64,000 bases of DNA from Callorhinchus milii (Eukaryota): the NCBI RefSeq assembly GCF_018977255.1, contig NW_024704778.1, positions 248,001 through 312,000 of the forward strand. Reading direction: 5' to 3'. This document shows, piece after piece, positions 50,607-61,494 of this stretch; the first letter of the stretch is position 1, and each line of letters starts with the position of its first letter. The translations under genes were made by a program, and so were the position numbers. The notes beneath the pieces were generated by a model. The model was not told the origin of the DNA and ran no database searches. It saw only the letters and a list, made by a program, of their open reading frames with translations.

Positions 50607-53600
50607 TTAGTGAGAATTTGCGCATCGAGTGTGACCGCTCCTTGTAAACCCTGACTTGTAAAGAGAACAACAACAACAAACAGTCCTGGCATTTGATAAA
50701 GCGCCTTATCACATCTTCGAGACGTCTCAAAGCGCTTCACAGAATTTACTGTACAGTGTAGTGACTCTACAGTTTGTGGGCGAAACGCAGCAGCCAAATG
50801 AGCACAGCAGCGTCCCACACACAGTCGTGGGCTGAGTAACAAAATTATTATTTTTTTAAGGGAAAATCGATCCACCGATCGACCAACAACCGGGTTCCTA
50901 CTCACTGCTGAGTAAACAGAGGTGTGTCGTGTAAGGAAACTATTTTCCCGGCTGAGGATCAAACCCAAGGCCTCTTGCTTCCAAGGCTCTAAGTGTTGGA
51001 ATTTCCTCCGAGAGGCTAAATCGGGAGCAGGGAATGGCGGGTGTGTGGGGTGGGGGTGGGGGGGGGAGTGGTCAGACTCCCGCTCAGTGAATACCTTTGC
51101 TCTCTCACTGTTCCACTTTGCCGTTGGCGAGGTTCTGGCTGGTGGGCAGGGAGGCTGGTCTCTCCTCTGGCACAGACAGGCTGCTCAGCAGAGCTCGGCG
51201 TAGGACGTGGGGGCAGGAGGGCCCGGCCGGAATATCCCCAAAACCTGCCAACACGGTGAAAATCAGCTGCCGCAAAACACACAGTCACCACACTGTACAG
51301 TCAATCCTAACTCTGTCTCCAACTCCCGCTGTCACTGACCTGGGGAGTGTGGAGGGACACACAGTGTAGAGGGAGCTTTACTGTGTGAGAGCTGTAGAGA
51401 GGAGGTGATGTGACTCACCTTTCTGCACCACGTCCGGCAGCCCATACGGCTCGTACTCCGTGTCGTCGAAGGCCACCGACAGGTGCTGTAGAAACCCCCG
51501 TCTCTGCAGTAACTTCCGGGCCAACTCTGCCGGCTCCACCTTCAGCCCCAGCTCCGTTGGCTGCATTCTCGCTGTGTGTAATCGCACTCCCTGCTCCCCC
51601 ACCTGTCGCCTTCCTGCCGGTCCTTCTGCTCGTATCCTGGTCAACGACGCCTCTCGTGTGGGGGTCTCGACCTTTTGTGTGGGGGTCTTGGCCTCTCGTG
51701 TGGGGGTGTCGGCCTCTCGTGTGGGGGTCCCGGCCTCTTGTGTGGGAGTCTCGACCTCTTGTGTGGGAGTCTCGACCTCTCGTGTGGGGGTCTTGTCCTC
51801 TCGTGTGGGGGTGTCGGCCTCTTGTGTGGGAGTCTCGACCTCTTGTGTGGAAGTCTCGACCTCTTGTGTGGGGGTCTCGACCTCTCGTGTGGGGGTCTCG
51901 ACCTCTTGTGTGGGGGTCTCGACCTCTTGTGTGGGGGTCTCGACCTCTTGTGTGGGAGTCTCGACCTCTTGTGTGGGAGTCTCGACCTCTTGTGTGGGGG
52001 TCTTGGCCTCGTGTGTGGGGGTATCGGCCTCTCGTGTGGGGGTCTCGACCTCTTGTGTGGGGGTCTCGACCTCTTGTGTGGGAGTCTCTACCTTTTGTGT
52101 GGGAGTCTCGACCTCTTGTGTGGGTGTCTTGGCCTCTCGTGTGGGGGTCCCGGCCTCTTGTGTGGGGGTCTCGGCCTCTCGTGTGGGGGTCCCGAGAGCT
52201 TCTTGAGTCTCAGGCTCTCGTGTGGGGGACCGGGCCGCCTCCCGCTCTCCAGGGGGATCTACTACGTATGGCCAGTTGCTCTCAGACTGATTGCTGGCTC
52301 CGCTCTCCTCCTCCACCACGATAAGCCCGGTGCCATCCGCAGCCTTTAGACACTCAGTGAATTTACGTCTCACGCTCCCCGGCTCCTCCGTCCCCTGCCC
52401 TTCCTTTAACCTCAGCTCCTCCGCTAACCTCGCGCTCTCCCGGCCACGAGGGTGCGAGATAGAGACAGATGATTCCAGCTCTGCTTCCTCCACCTCCTCC
52501 CCTCGAAAGCTCAGAGCCCACCTGGCCTCGGAATCACCGACCTCTCGCCGTGAAGTACCGACCGTGCTGCTGTTGTGCCTGTGCTGCCCTGAGACACTGC
52601 CAATGTCTCCCTCAAGTCTGTCTGTGCCTTTGGCCACTAACATATAATGGAACACTTCCTCACGGGATCCACGCGGAGCTGCTTGCTCAACTCCGGAGGC
52701 TCCATTGAGCGATCTTGTCCCAGCGCTGACCGTGTGTCAGGACCTTCCCTCTCGCCTTCGTTGTGTTCCCAAATCACCTCCGAGTCGCTCTGCAGCCAGG
52801 ATATGGCCTTCAGGGCTTGGTTTAGCCTCTTGCAGAGGTCGGCTATGGTGCGGTCCTTCCCCTCAACACTGAGCAGCAGGTCCTCCATGTTTTGAGTTTG
52901 GACCTCCAAGGCCGCCGTCAGCTGCTGTATCTCCCTGTGGAGCATGGCCTGGAGTTCCTGCAGCGTGCGCTGGGCCTCGCTGTGCCTTTGCTCTGCCCGC
53001 TCCTTCTCCCTGGTCAGATCCTCACACCTCTTCTCCAGCTCCAGCAGCCGTGCATGCAGCTGGGACCTCTCCAGGTCTCCGTCTGGCGGGCCATCTCCAC
53101 TTGCTCCCTTCTCCATCAGCCGGGCTCTCCTCTCCCCTGAGTCCTGTCCCAACTCCGCCTCCAGCCGGCTTTGCTGCTCGCCCTCCAGCTCACCATTATC
53201 CTTCAGAACCTCCGCTTCCCCCTCAGGTACTGCAGCCCCGCCCACGCTGCAGCCACGCCTGCTGCAGCCTCAGTGAAGGAAGGCACAGCAATGACTCCAC
53301 AAACTGCTCCATTCTCCAGCGGTTGAGCTGCTGCTGGGCTGCCCTCTCTGGCCTCCTGGGCTTGATGGTCGCCGCACTGTGAGGGCAGGACCCCCTGTGA
53401 GGAGACCACCACATGTGGGTCTGACTGGCTGGCCTCCTGCTGGCTCAGGCTGGACGGGCAGGACAGCAGCTGTGGGCCTGGGTTGACAGAGAGACCTTCC
53501 CGCTGCACATTAATCTCTCGCTGAAGAGCCTCGACTTTGACCGATAGAGACAGGTTTTCCCCTAAAAGAGAATATCACAACCTCAGCTCCAATAATAATA

Positions 53601-55936
53601 ACAATGATAATCCTGGCATTTGATACAGCCCCTTATCACATCTTCGAGACGTCTCAAAACGCTTCACAGGATACACTGTAAAATGTAGTGAATGTGTTTT
53701 GTGGGCGAAACGCGGCAGCCAATTGCGCACAGCGACGTCCCACAAACAGTCGTGGATTGAGTGACCACATTATTATTTTTTTTTGAAGGAAGATCTTGAA
53801 AGACCGCCCTGAACAGAGCACTGCGCTGGAACATTATAATCACTGTGAGCTCAAAGTCCTGAACGTACAATACAGAGAGAAAGGTAACGGGAACTATTGT
53901 TATGTTGAAGAAAAGCATTGCCTACCCCTCATCTCCTCCCTGGATGTCTGACTCCAGGTGAGATCCTGTTCCATACGTGTCAGCTGTGCCTCGAGTTGCA
54001 GGAGGCGCTGTGTGCTCTGTCCCTGACATGTGCTGTTCTTCTCCAGTGTAAGCTAACATACAGATAGACAGGATTACACAGCAAACTGTACAGCGAACAG
54101 CCATTCACCCAACTAGCCTGTGCCATACTACACACAATACCCCACTCCTAAACCCTTCTCCTATACCCTCCCAAATACCCCTCTATTCCTCTGTAGGAGG
54201 AGGCAAGTTTTCACATGCACACACAAACAAACAGCAACAACAAAATTACCTCTCTCCCCCAATAGGCTGTGAATTATGGCTGGATCCATTCACATTGTCC
54301 AGACTGAGAAGGAAAGATGTTTGTAGGTCAGGGTATTAAGGATAATTCAAAGGCGCGTAATTCAAGTTGAGGTACAGGTCAGCCATGATCTTGTCGAATG
54401 GTGGAACAGGCTCGAGGGGCTGAATGGCCTCCTATTCCTACGTTTCTACAATTGGTCTCAAGTAGGGATGGAGGTGAAGTGCCAGAGGGCACCAAGATAC
54501 GAGTCCCCCTTGCTGACAGAGAATGGTACCCGGTGACTCCCCCACAATAGAGGGGTGAGCAATGCTTTCCTTCAACATAACTCTTACCTGCTTTTCTCTC
54601 TGCAGATCGGCTTCTCTCTTTTGATAGGCTGCGAGTTCCCCCACCGCCCAGTCAACCTTTTCTTCCAGTTCCTGCAGCTCCCTGTCCACCAGCTGTTTCT
54701 GTGCTGTCACCTTCACAATAATAATAATAATAATAATCTTAACATTTGATACTGCGCCTTATCATGTCGTCGAGACGTCTCAAAGCGCTTCACAGGATAC
54801 ACTGATAAAGTGTAGTGACTGCTTATTTTGTGGGCGAAATGCGGCAGCCATTTGCACACGGCAGCGTCCCCACACATAGTCGTGGATTGAGTGACCAAGT
54901 TATTATTTATTTTGAGGGGATTATTGCCCCCGGAAAGCAATCTGCCTATCAACTAACAAGCGGATTCCTACTTACTGTTCGGTAAACCGAGGTGTGTGTG
55001 TGTGTGTGGAGTAAGGAAACTTTCCTAACGTTTCGCCCTGACCCTGACCAGCCGGGAATCGAACCCGGAATCTCACTCCCAATAACACAGGGCACCGTAA
55101 CTCCTAACGAGAGAGTGAAGGCTTTGGAAACAGTACGTTAGATAGCAGCAGCCTGTGTTACCTTATCCACCGTGGCTTGTAGCTCGAGGTGCTCTCTCTG
55201 CAGCTGCTGTATCTGGTGTGAAGCTGTGCTCTGAGCTTCCCTGCTCTCCTGCTCCAGCATCTGGTACCCAGACTGCTGCTCGGCTAGCTCCTGTAGCTCC
55301 TGAAACCAGGTCACAATCCCGCTGTCCCATCAACAACAACAACTTGCATTTACACAGAGACCCTCACCCAGGGCAGCGTCCCAGAGTGCTTGACAGTGGC
55401 GGATTCGGACACCGAGCCAGGGGGAGGCTTTAGGCGCAACCTGAAGATGGGAAAGCAAGGGGCAAGGTGGAGGGAGGGATAGAGGGAGAGTGTTCTAGCG
55501 TTTCGGGGCATAGTGGGTGGCATGGCCGCCGATGGTGGAGCGGAGGGCACGAGGGACAAGTTCAATGACCTGTTCAATGAACAGGATTGTCCTGCCTGTG
55601 TGTGATGGAGAGTCGACACCAGGAACGGCTTCCCAGCCTCGAAAGACTTTGTGAAACAGGAATAAAAATGTTCTGGAGAGAAGACAGCAGCTCAGCTCGG
55701 AGACGTTACCCGGGGCAGGGTGGGCCTTCACCTGCTGGTGTTCCCTCTCCCGCTGTCTCAGTCTCTGCTCCGCTGAATGCCGGGCGCTTTCTGCGTTCTG
55801 CCTCAGACACCCCAGCTCTGCCGTCACCTGCTTCAGCCTCTGCTCCAGTCCCGCACACTGCAGGTAAAGCACACACCCACAGGCTCCCTCAGTCACAGGA
55901 TCCCCCACATGCACACGCACATATACACACACACGC

Positions 55937-55967
<31 letters not shown>

Positions 55968-58764
55968 TGCCACAACTATTTCACTCTCACAGTGTCACGC
56001 CCTGACACACACAGTCACACACACACACATACAGACACACACAGACCTTGGTGTTGGCGAGCTCCTGTCCCTGGTTAGCTCTGCTCAGGAGTTGTTGACC
56101 GTGGTTCAGGGTTTGCTGTTTTGCTGCCAGCTGTGCCTCGCTCATCTCCAGCCGCGACTGCAGCTCCTGCAACCTGTTGTCGTGGATTTTGATTTCTTTT
56201 TCCTGAGACTGAACCCAAATTTCCAACTCGGTCACTGTGCTTCTCAGCACTGTGCGACACAGGTTGATACCAGGGGCGCAGAGAGAGTGGAGAGAGAATG
56301 CTGGAAAGTTAATATTAATAATCCCTGCATTTGATATAGCGCCTTATCATTTGTGGGCGAACGCGGCAGCCAATGCGCACAGCAATGTCCCACAAACAGT
56401 CGTGGATTGAAAATGACCAATTTTTTTTTTTTTTTTTTTTTTTTATTATTAGGCGTGTGGAGTAAGAAAACTTGCCCAAGGTTTCGCCCTGCCTGTAATT
56501 ATGTTTCATTGCAAGCGATCTAACCACTGACTAAGGACTCCACAGTGTCTCATCTATATTGTAAAGTGTAGCGACTGCGTGTTTTGTGGGCAAACGCGGC
56601 AGCCAATTGGGGCAAGACGGAGGGATAGAGGAAGAGCGTTCCAGAGATTTGGGGCGAAGTGGCGGAAAGCGCGGCCAGCAATGGTGGAACGGGGGGCCAG
56701 AGGTACATGCAGAAGGCCGGAGCCAGTTGCCACACAACTATGAAGTGCCTTACGATGTTTGAAGCTGGAGCTCTTACCCCTATTTTCCTCTCTCAGTCCA
56801 TCCACCTGTGGGCTGCTGCTCTCCTCGGCCCAGCTGAGGTGGGGGTGGGTGGGGTCAGGAGTGAGCGGTCTGCAGGGGGGCTGTTGTGTCGCTCGCTCCT
56901 CCCAGGGCAACACAGACAAGGGGGCTCCCCGACCAGCTGGGGTGCTGGGGGGCTGGTGATCGGGGTTCTGCCAGGGACAGTTAGTCGGGCTGCTCTGTGC
57001 TCTGTTATCCTCTCGTCCATGGCTTCTGTGGCTGAGCTCCAGCGGCTGAACCTGAGGCCAAAGAACATTCAAATAACACCCACTGCTCTCCTGCTGCTTA
57101 AGATGGGTTTAACGTCTCATCTGAAGGAGCACAGCCCCCGCCCCCCCACCCACCCTCCCAGGACACTGGGAGAGAGTGAGAGGAACTCCCTTCCCTTATC
57201 GTGTTGTTCTCGCCCCAGTGTGACCGCTCACCTGTAGCCTCAGAGTGTTGACTTCGGTCCCCAGCCTCTGTCTCTCCTCTGCCTCCCTCTGATATTTCCT
57301 CTGCAGATCCTCCCATTGGGCGCCTTCAACCAAGGAAAGTGTGCAAAGAAATTATTTTTACACTTGCCCTGAGTCTGGAAAATGCCTATCACCCACCCAG
57401 ATGGCCTCGTGTTACTGAGCTCATCAGTTGACAAGAAGGAACTTGAATGTTTATAGCTCCTCGTACAACAACAACTCGCATTTATGTTGCGCCCTTCACG
57501 TGGGGTAGTGTCCCGGAGCGCTTGACAGTGGCAGAGTCTGACACCGAGTCAGGGGGGAGAGGGGCCACGTAGTGACATTTTGTGTCAAATGCAACAGCCA
57601 GCAATAGTAATAATCCTTCCATTTGAACCTTAGGCGAGGGGGGGTTTCACTTGATGCCCCTCATTGCGACGAGGCTAAAGGATTATCCATGTGTTGGGAC
57701 AGTATTTGCTGGTTTGATCACTTACCCTGGTTGTCTCTGGGACAAGGTGAGGAGGTGTTGGACAGACCGGGATAGAGCTGGGAGGCTGAGGGTGAGGGCA
57801 GTGGGCTCCTGAGGTTCCGCTCAAGCTCTGTTTCTAACCTGCGGAAAAGTGATAAAAAGATGTGGTGGAAAAGGAGAGATCGTCATAGGTGTGGAGTGCC
57901 TGTAGCGTAGTGGTTAGAGCTCTTGCCTTGCGAGCGAGGGTTTCTGCGAGTATTAAGCTTGAGTGCATTCGAGGTTTGAGAGAGAAAGAGAGAAAGAGCA
58001 GGGTGGGGGGAGAGAGATGGGGGTGGGGGGAGAGAGATGGGGTGGGGGGAGAGAGAGAGAGAGAGGTACCTCTTTAATTCATGCTCCAGGTTGTCTGTTC
58101 GCTTCCTGGCAGCTACCAGCTGGCCCTCCAGGCTGCACACCAGAGCCTCCTTCACCTGTAGTTCCTGACACAGCCTCTGCCGGCTCCTCTCCCCCTGGCT
58201 GGCCTCGTCCCTCAGGCTCTGTGCCTCTCTCCTCAGGCTCGCGTGCTCGTGCCTCTCATCCTCCAGCTTAAAACAACACAAGAGATGTGAGGTCTACGTG
58301 CCAGCCAACCTTACCCCAAACGCAGCCGAAACCCGTCCATGCATTTGTGATCTCCCGCCTCGACGACTCGCTGGTCTCCCCAACACCTCCCTACCCCTCC
58401 GACATGCTTACTCCCCAACCCACCACCCGCCGCCTCCGCTCGGCTGGCTCCGGCCTCCCGCTTGGCCCTCGTGCTCTCCGCTCCGCCACGGGTGGCCACA
58501 CTTTCAGCTCTGGAACTCTCTTCCCTGATCTCTCCGCCATCCCTATCTTCAGTCCGTGCCAGTTCCCACTCTCTGGCCCCCCGCCCCTCCCACGGCGATC
58601 ACCTTCTGCTGCTGCTTGTGGAAGGTGGATTCCATAGCGTCCAGCTGCAGTTGCCTCTGTTGCCTCTCTCGCCCCAGTTTCTCCAACTGCCTCTCACACT
58701 CTGTCACCTTCCTCAGAGCTTGGCTGGACAGTTCGCCCTTCCACTCCTCCAGGGGCCAACTCAT
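50607..58764 (-). CDS. Short centromere protein F-like coiled-coil protein (CENP-F N-terminal domain plus C-terminal Rb-binding-type motif), about 1,300 aa, two frameshifts in the large exon
   Basis: Exons (-): 58764-58603, 58266-58070, 57838-57726, 57323-57232, 57051-56778, 56249-56047, 55857-55732, 55299-55162, 54710-54588, 54052-53926, 53561-51419, 51244-51095, and tentatively 50654-50607. MSWPLEEWKGELSSQALRKVTECERQLEKLGRERQQRQLQLDAMES, ELQVKE, CLRQNAESAR and TEYEPYGLPDVVQKGFGDIP...PHVLRR match CENP-F motifs as recalled. Confidence 0.85.
51648..52225 (-). repeat. Coding 21-bp tandem repeat (VETPTQE / AETPTRE), about 27 units
   Basis: Plus-strand unit gtctcgacctcttgtgtggga, in frame within ORF 51378..52655. 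Confidence 0.9.
54716..55078 (-). mobile_element. tRNA-Deu-L2-type SINE, near full length
   Basis: B-box gggttcgattccc on the minus strand at ~55053-55065, with core and (att)n tail. Confidence 0.8.
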
Positions 58765-58835
58765 ACCGAGAGCCACTCAGTCACTACCGGAAGCCTGGAG
58801 GGCATCACCAAGAAAAATATCAACAGTCTGCAATA

Positions 58836-59230
58836 TGAAGTCCTGCAGTCCTTAGTAGCTAGAGCACGTGCCTCGCAAACGAGAGGAACTGGGCTCGATT
58901 CCCGGCCAGGGAGGGTCGGGGCGAAACCTTGGGCAAGTTTCCTTACTCCACACACACACGCGTGCGCCTCTGTTTATCTCGGAGTAAGTAGGAACCCGGT
59001 TGTTAGTCGATTGCTGGATTACTTTTCCGGAGGTAATAATCCCATCCAAAATACTAATAATTTGGTCACTCAAACCACGACTGTTTGTGGGACACCGCTG
59101 TGCGCAATTGGCTGTCACAAAATATACAGTCAATTCACTTTACAGTACGTCCTGTGAAGTGCTTTGAGATGTCTCGAAGACGTGATAAGACACTGTGCCC
59201 TATATCAAATGTAAGGATCATTATTATTAA
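58836..59230 (+). mobile_element. tRNA-Deu-L2-type SINE, full length (about 390 bp); family reference copy
   Basis: tRNA-like head (gggctcgattccc), (ca)n linker, core gggacaccgctgtgcgcaattggctg, L2-like tail gtgaagtgctttgagatgtctcgaagacgtgataag...atcaaatg, and (att)n. Further copies or fragments at ~135-290, 6040-6180, 7005-7350, 21070-21210, 21675-21950, 23160-23430, 26200-26300, 53605-53790 and 56320-56520. Confidence 0.85.
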
Positions 59231-60222
59231 AATACCCCAGGCACAGGTGGGGCTTACCAGGCAATTCAGCCTATCGAGCCCATGCTCCACCACTTCATCG
59301 CAGTACTTTCCACCTGCATCAGCTTGGCTCCATCTCTGGCACACTCTATTCTAGGTCAGAAGGTGGGGACTTGAGTTCATAGTCCAGTGCTGCTTCAAAT
59401 GCCTTCATGGCCTGGCATCGCCGTACATCACTGACCTGCTTACTCCCCACTCCACTGCCCACTACCTCGACTGGCTCTGGCCTCCTGCTTGTCCCTTGTA
59501 CCCGCTGTTGCACCAGCAGCGGCCACACTTTTAGCCACTACACCCGAAACCCTGGAACACTCTCCCCCAGTCCCTCCGCTTTTCTCCTTCCTTCCCCATC
59601 TTCAGACCTTCCTCTTCGACAGTGCCTATGCTCACCTCCCCCTGGCTTGGCATCATGCTCTGCCACTGACAAGTGATCTGGAAAGCCTCCCTGTGTGAGG
59701 AGCGCTATATAAATCCAAGTTGTTATTGTTTAATGGTCAGATAAGTGCTTTCCTTACACGAGCACTTGTTGAGGTCCCAAACGTTTGCTCAATTGATTTT
59801 GCAACACTATTGGTAAAATGATACTTTCGTTGAGGCTGATCTCTGGGAATATCCAAGGCTCTGGGAAGATCCCATTCTCTAGATGGTCCCAGTCCATGGA
59901 CTAGTCTCCAGGGATAATCACAGTTTCTCCAGAAGAATTTAGATGATCCGAGTCCCTCAATCACTATCTCAGACGTTTCCAATCCCCGGCTAGTTACTCG
60001 GCTAGTCTCTGGAATGATCTCAATCTATCAATCAAAATGTGGAATAATTCCAGTCTCTCAGCCAGAATCTGGGAAAATCTAGACTCTCAGCCAGAATCTG
60101 GGATGATCCCAGGCTCTTGGTTGGAATCTGGGATGATCCCACTCTCCAAGGCCAGAATCTGAGATCATCCCAGCCTGGGGATGATTGCAGCAGGGGAATT
60201 ATCCCTCAGTCCCTTAATGCCA

Positions 60223-61494
60223 CTAATCCTGGTTTCTTGGAATATCCTGGCTTCTTGGATTGTCCTGGTTTCCAAGCTGTTCTGTAGCATGTTCCTGGGC
60301 TCCAAAACAGATGGGATTGTCACTGGCAAAATCCCAGTCACTTGGCCAGTCACTGGCAAAATCCCAATTCCTGGGCCAGTCTCTGGCAAAATCACAGTCC
60401 CATTCCCTATCTGTGGGACGATCCTTGTCCTTGTCTTTGGGAGGATTACTGTCACTGGCCACAGCACAATCCAGATCCTTGTCCATGGGAGGATCCTTGT
60501 CTTTGAAACGGTCGCACTCTCTGTCTTTGGTGCGATGAGGGTCTTTGGAACGATCAGAGTGTCTGTCTTTGAGACGATCGCATTCCTTGCCTTTGGTACG
60601 ATCAAAGTGTCTGTCCTTGGGACGATTAGATTCCTTGTCTTTGGGATGATCAGGGTCTTTGGGATGATCCGGGTCCTTGTCTTTGGGATGATCCGAGTCC
60701 CTGTCTTTGGGATGATCCGAGTCCCTGTCTTTGGGATGATCCGAGTCCCTGTCTTTGGGATGATCCGAGTCCCTGTCTTTGGGATGATCCGAGTCCCTGT
60801 CTTTGGGATGATCCGAGTCCCTGTCTTTGGGATGATCCGAGTCCCTGTCTTTGGGATGATCCGAGTCCCTGTCTTTGGGATGATCCGAGTCCCTGTCTGT
60901 GGGATGATTCGAGTCCCTGTCTTTGGGATGATCCGAGTCCCTGTCTTTGGGATGATCCGAGTCCCTGTCTTTGGGATGATCCGAGTCCCTGTCTTTGGGA
61001 TGATCCTGGTCTCTGTCTTTGGGATGATCCTGGTCCCTGTCTTTGGGATGATCCGAGTCCCTGTCTTTGGGATGATCCTGGTCTCTGTCTTTGGGATGAT
61101 CCTGGTCCCTGTCTTTGGGATGATCCGAGTCCCTGGGCTGGTCATTGAACTGATCCCAGTAGCTGGAATGGTTTCCATCCCTGATCGATTTTCTGGAATG
61201 ATCCCATCTTCTGGGCTGGTCTCTGTGCTGATCTCTGGGATAATCAACGTGTCTTGGCTGGTCACTGGGCTGGGCTCTGGAATAATCCCAGTCTCTGTGC
61301 TGGTCTCTGGGATAATCACGGTCTCTGTGCTGGTCTCTGGGATAATCCCAGTCTCTGTGCTGGTCTCTGGGATAATTAACGTGTCTTCGCTGGTCACTGG
61401 GCTGGGCTCTGGAATAATCCCGGTCTCTATGGTGGTCTCTGGGATAATCACGGTCTCTGCGCTGGCCTCTAGTATTCTCTCTCTCTCTCTCCCT
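60223..61494 (-). CDS. Putative 423-codon Asp/Arg/His-rich repeat exon (RDRDYPRDQH..., (DHPKDRDS)n), function unknown
   Basis: Stop-free minus frame 61494-60226 (TAG at 60225-60223), codon-for-codon antisense to the + ORF 60181..61524. The ORF track reports only its last 87 aa. Splice acceptors precede 61518 and 61494. Confidence 0.4.
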   Translation of the reverse strand, partial: RERERENTRGQRRDRDYPRDHHRDRDYSRAQPSDQRRHVNYPRDQHRDWDYPRDQHRDRDYPRDQHRDWDYSRAQPSDQPRHVDYPRDQHRDQPRRWDHSRKSIRDGNHSSYWDQFNDQPRDSDHPKDRDQDHPKDRDQDHPKDRDSDHPKDRDQDHPKDRDQDHPKDRDSDHPKDRDSDHPKDRDSDHPKDRDSNHPTDRDSDHPKDRDSDHPKDRDSDHPKDRDSDHPKDRDSDHPKDRDSDHPKDRDSDHPKDRDSDHPKDRDSDHPKDKDPDHPKDPDHPKDKESNRPKDRHFDRTKGKECDRLKDRHSDRSKDPHRTKDRECDRFKDKDPPMDKDLDCAVASDSNPPKDKDKDRPTDREWDCDFARDWPRNWDFASDWPSDWDFASDNPICFGAQEHATEQLGNQDNPRSQDIPRNQD

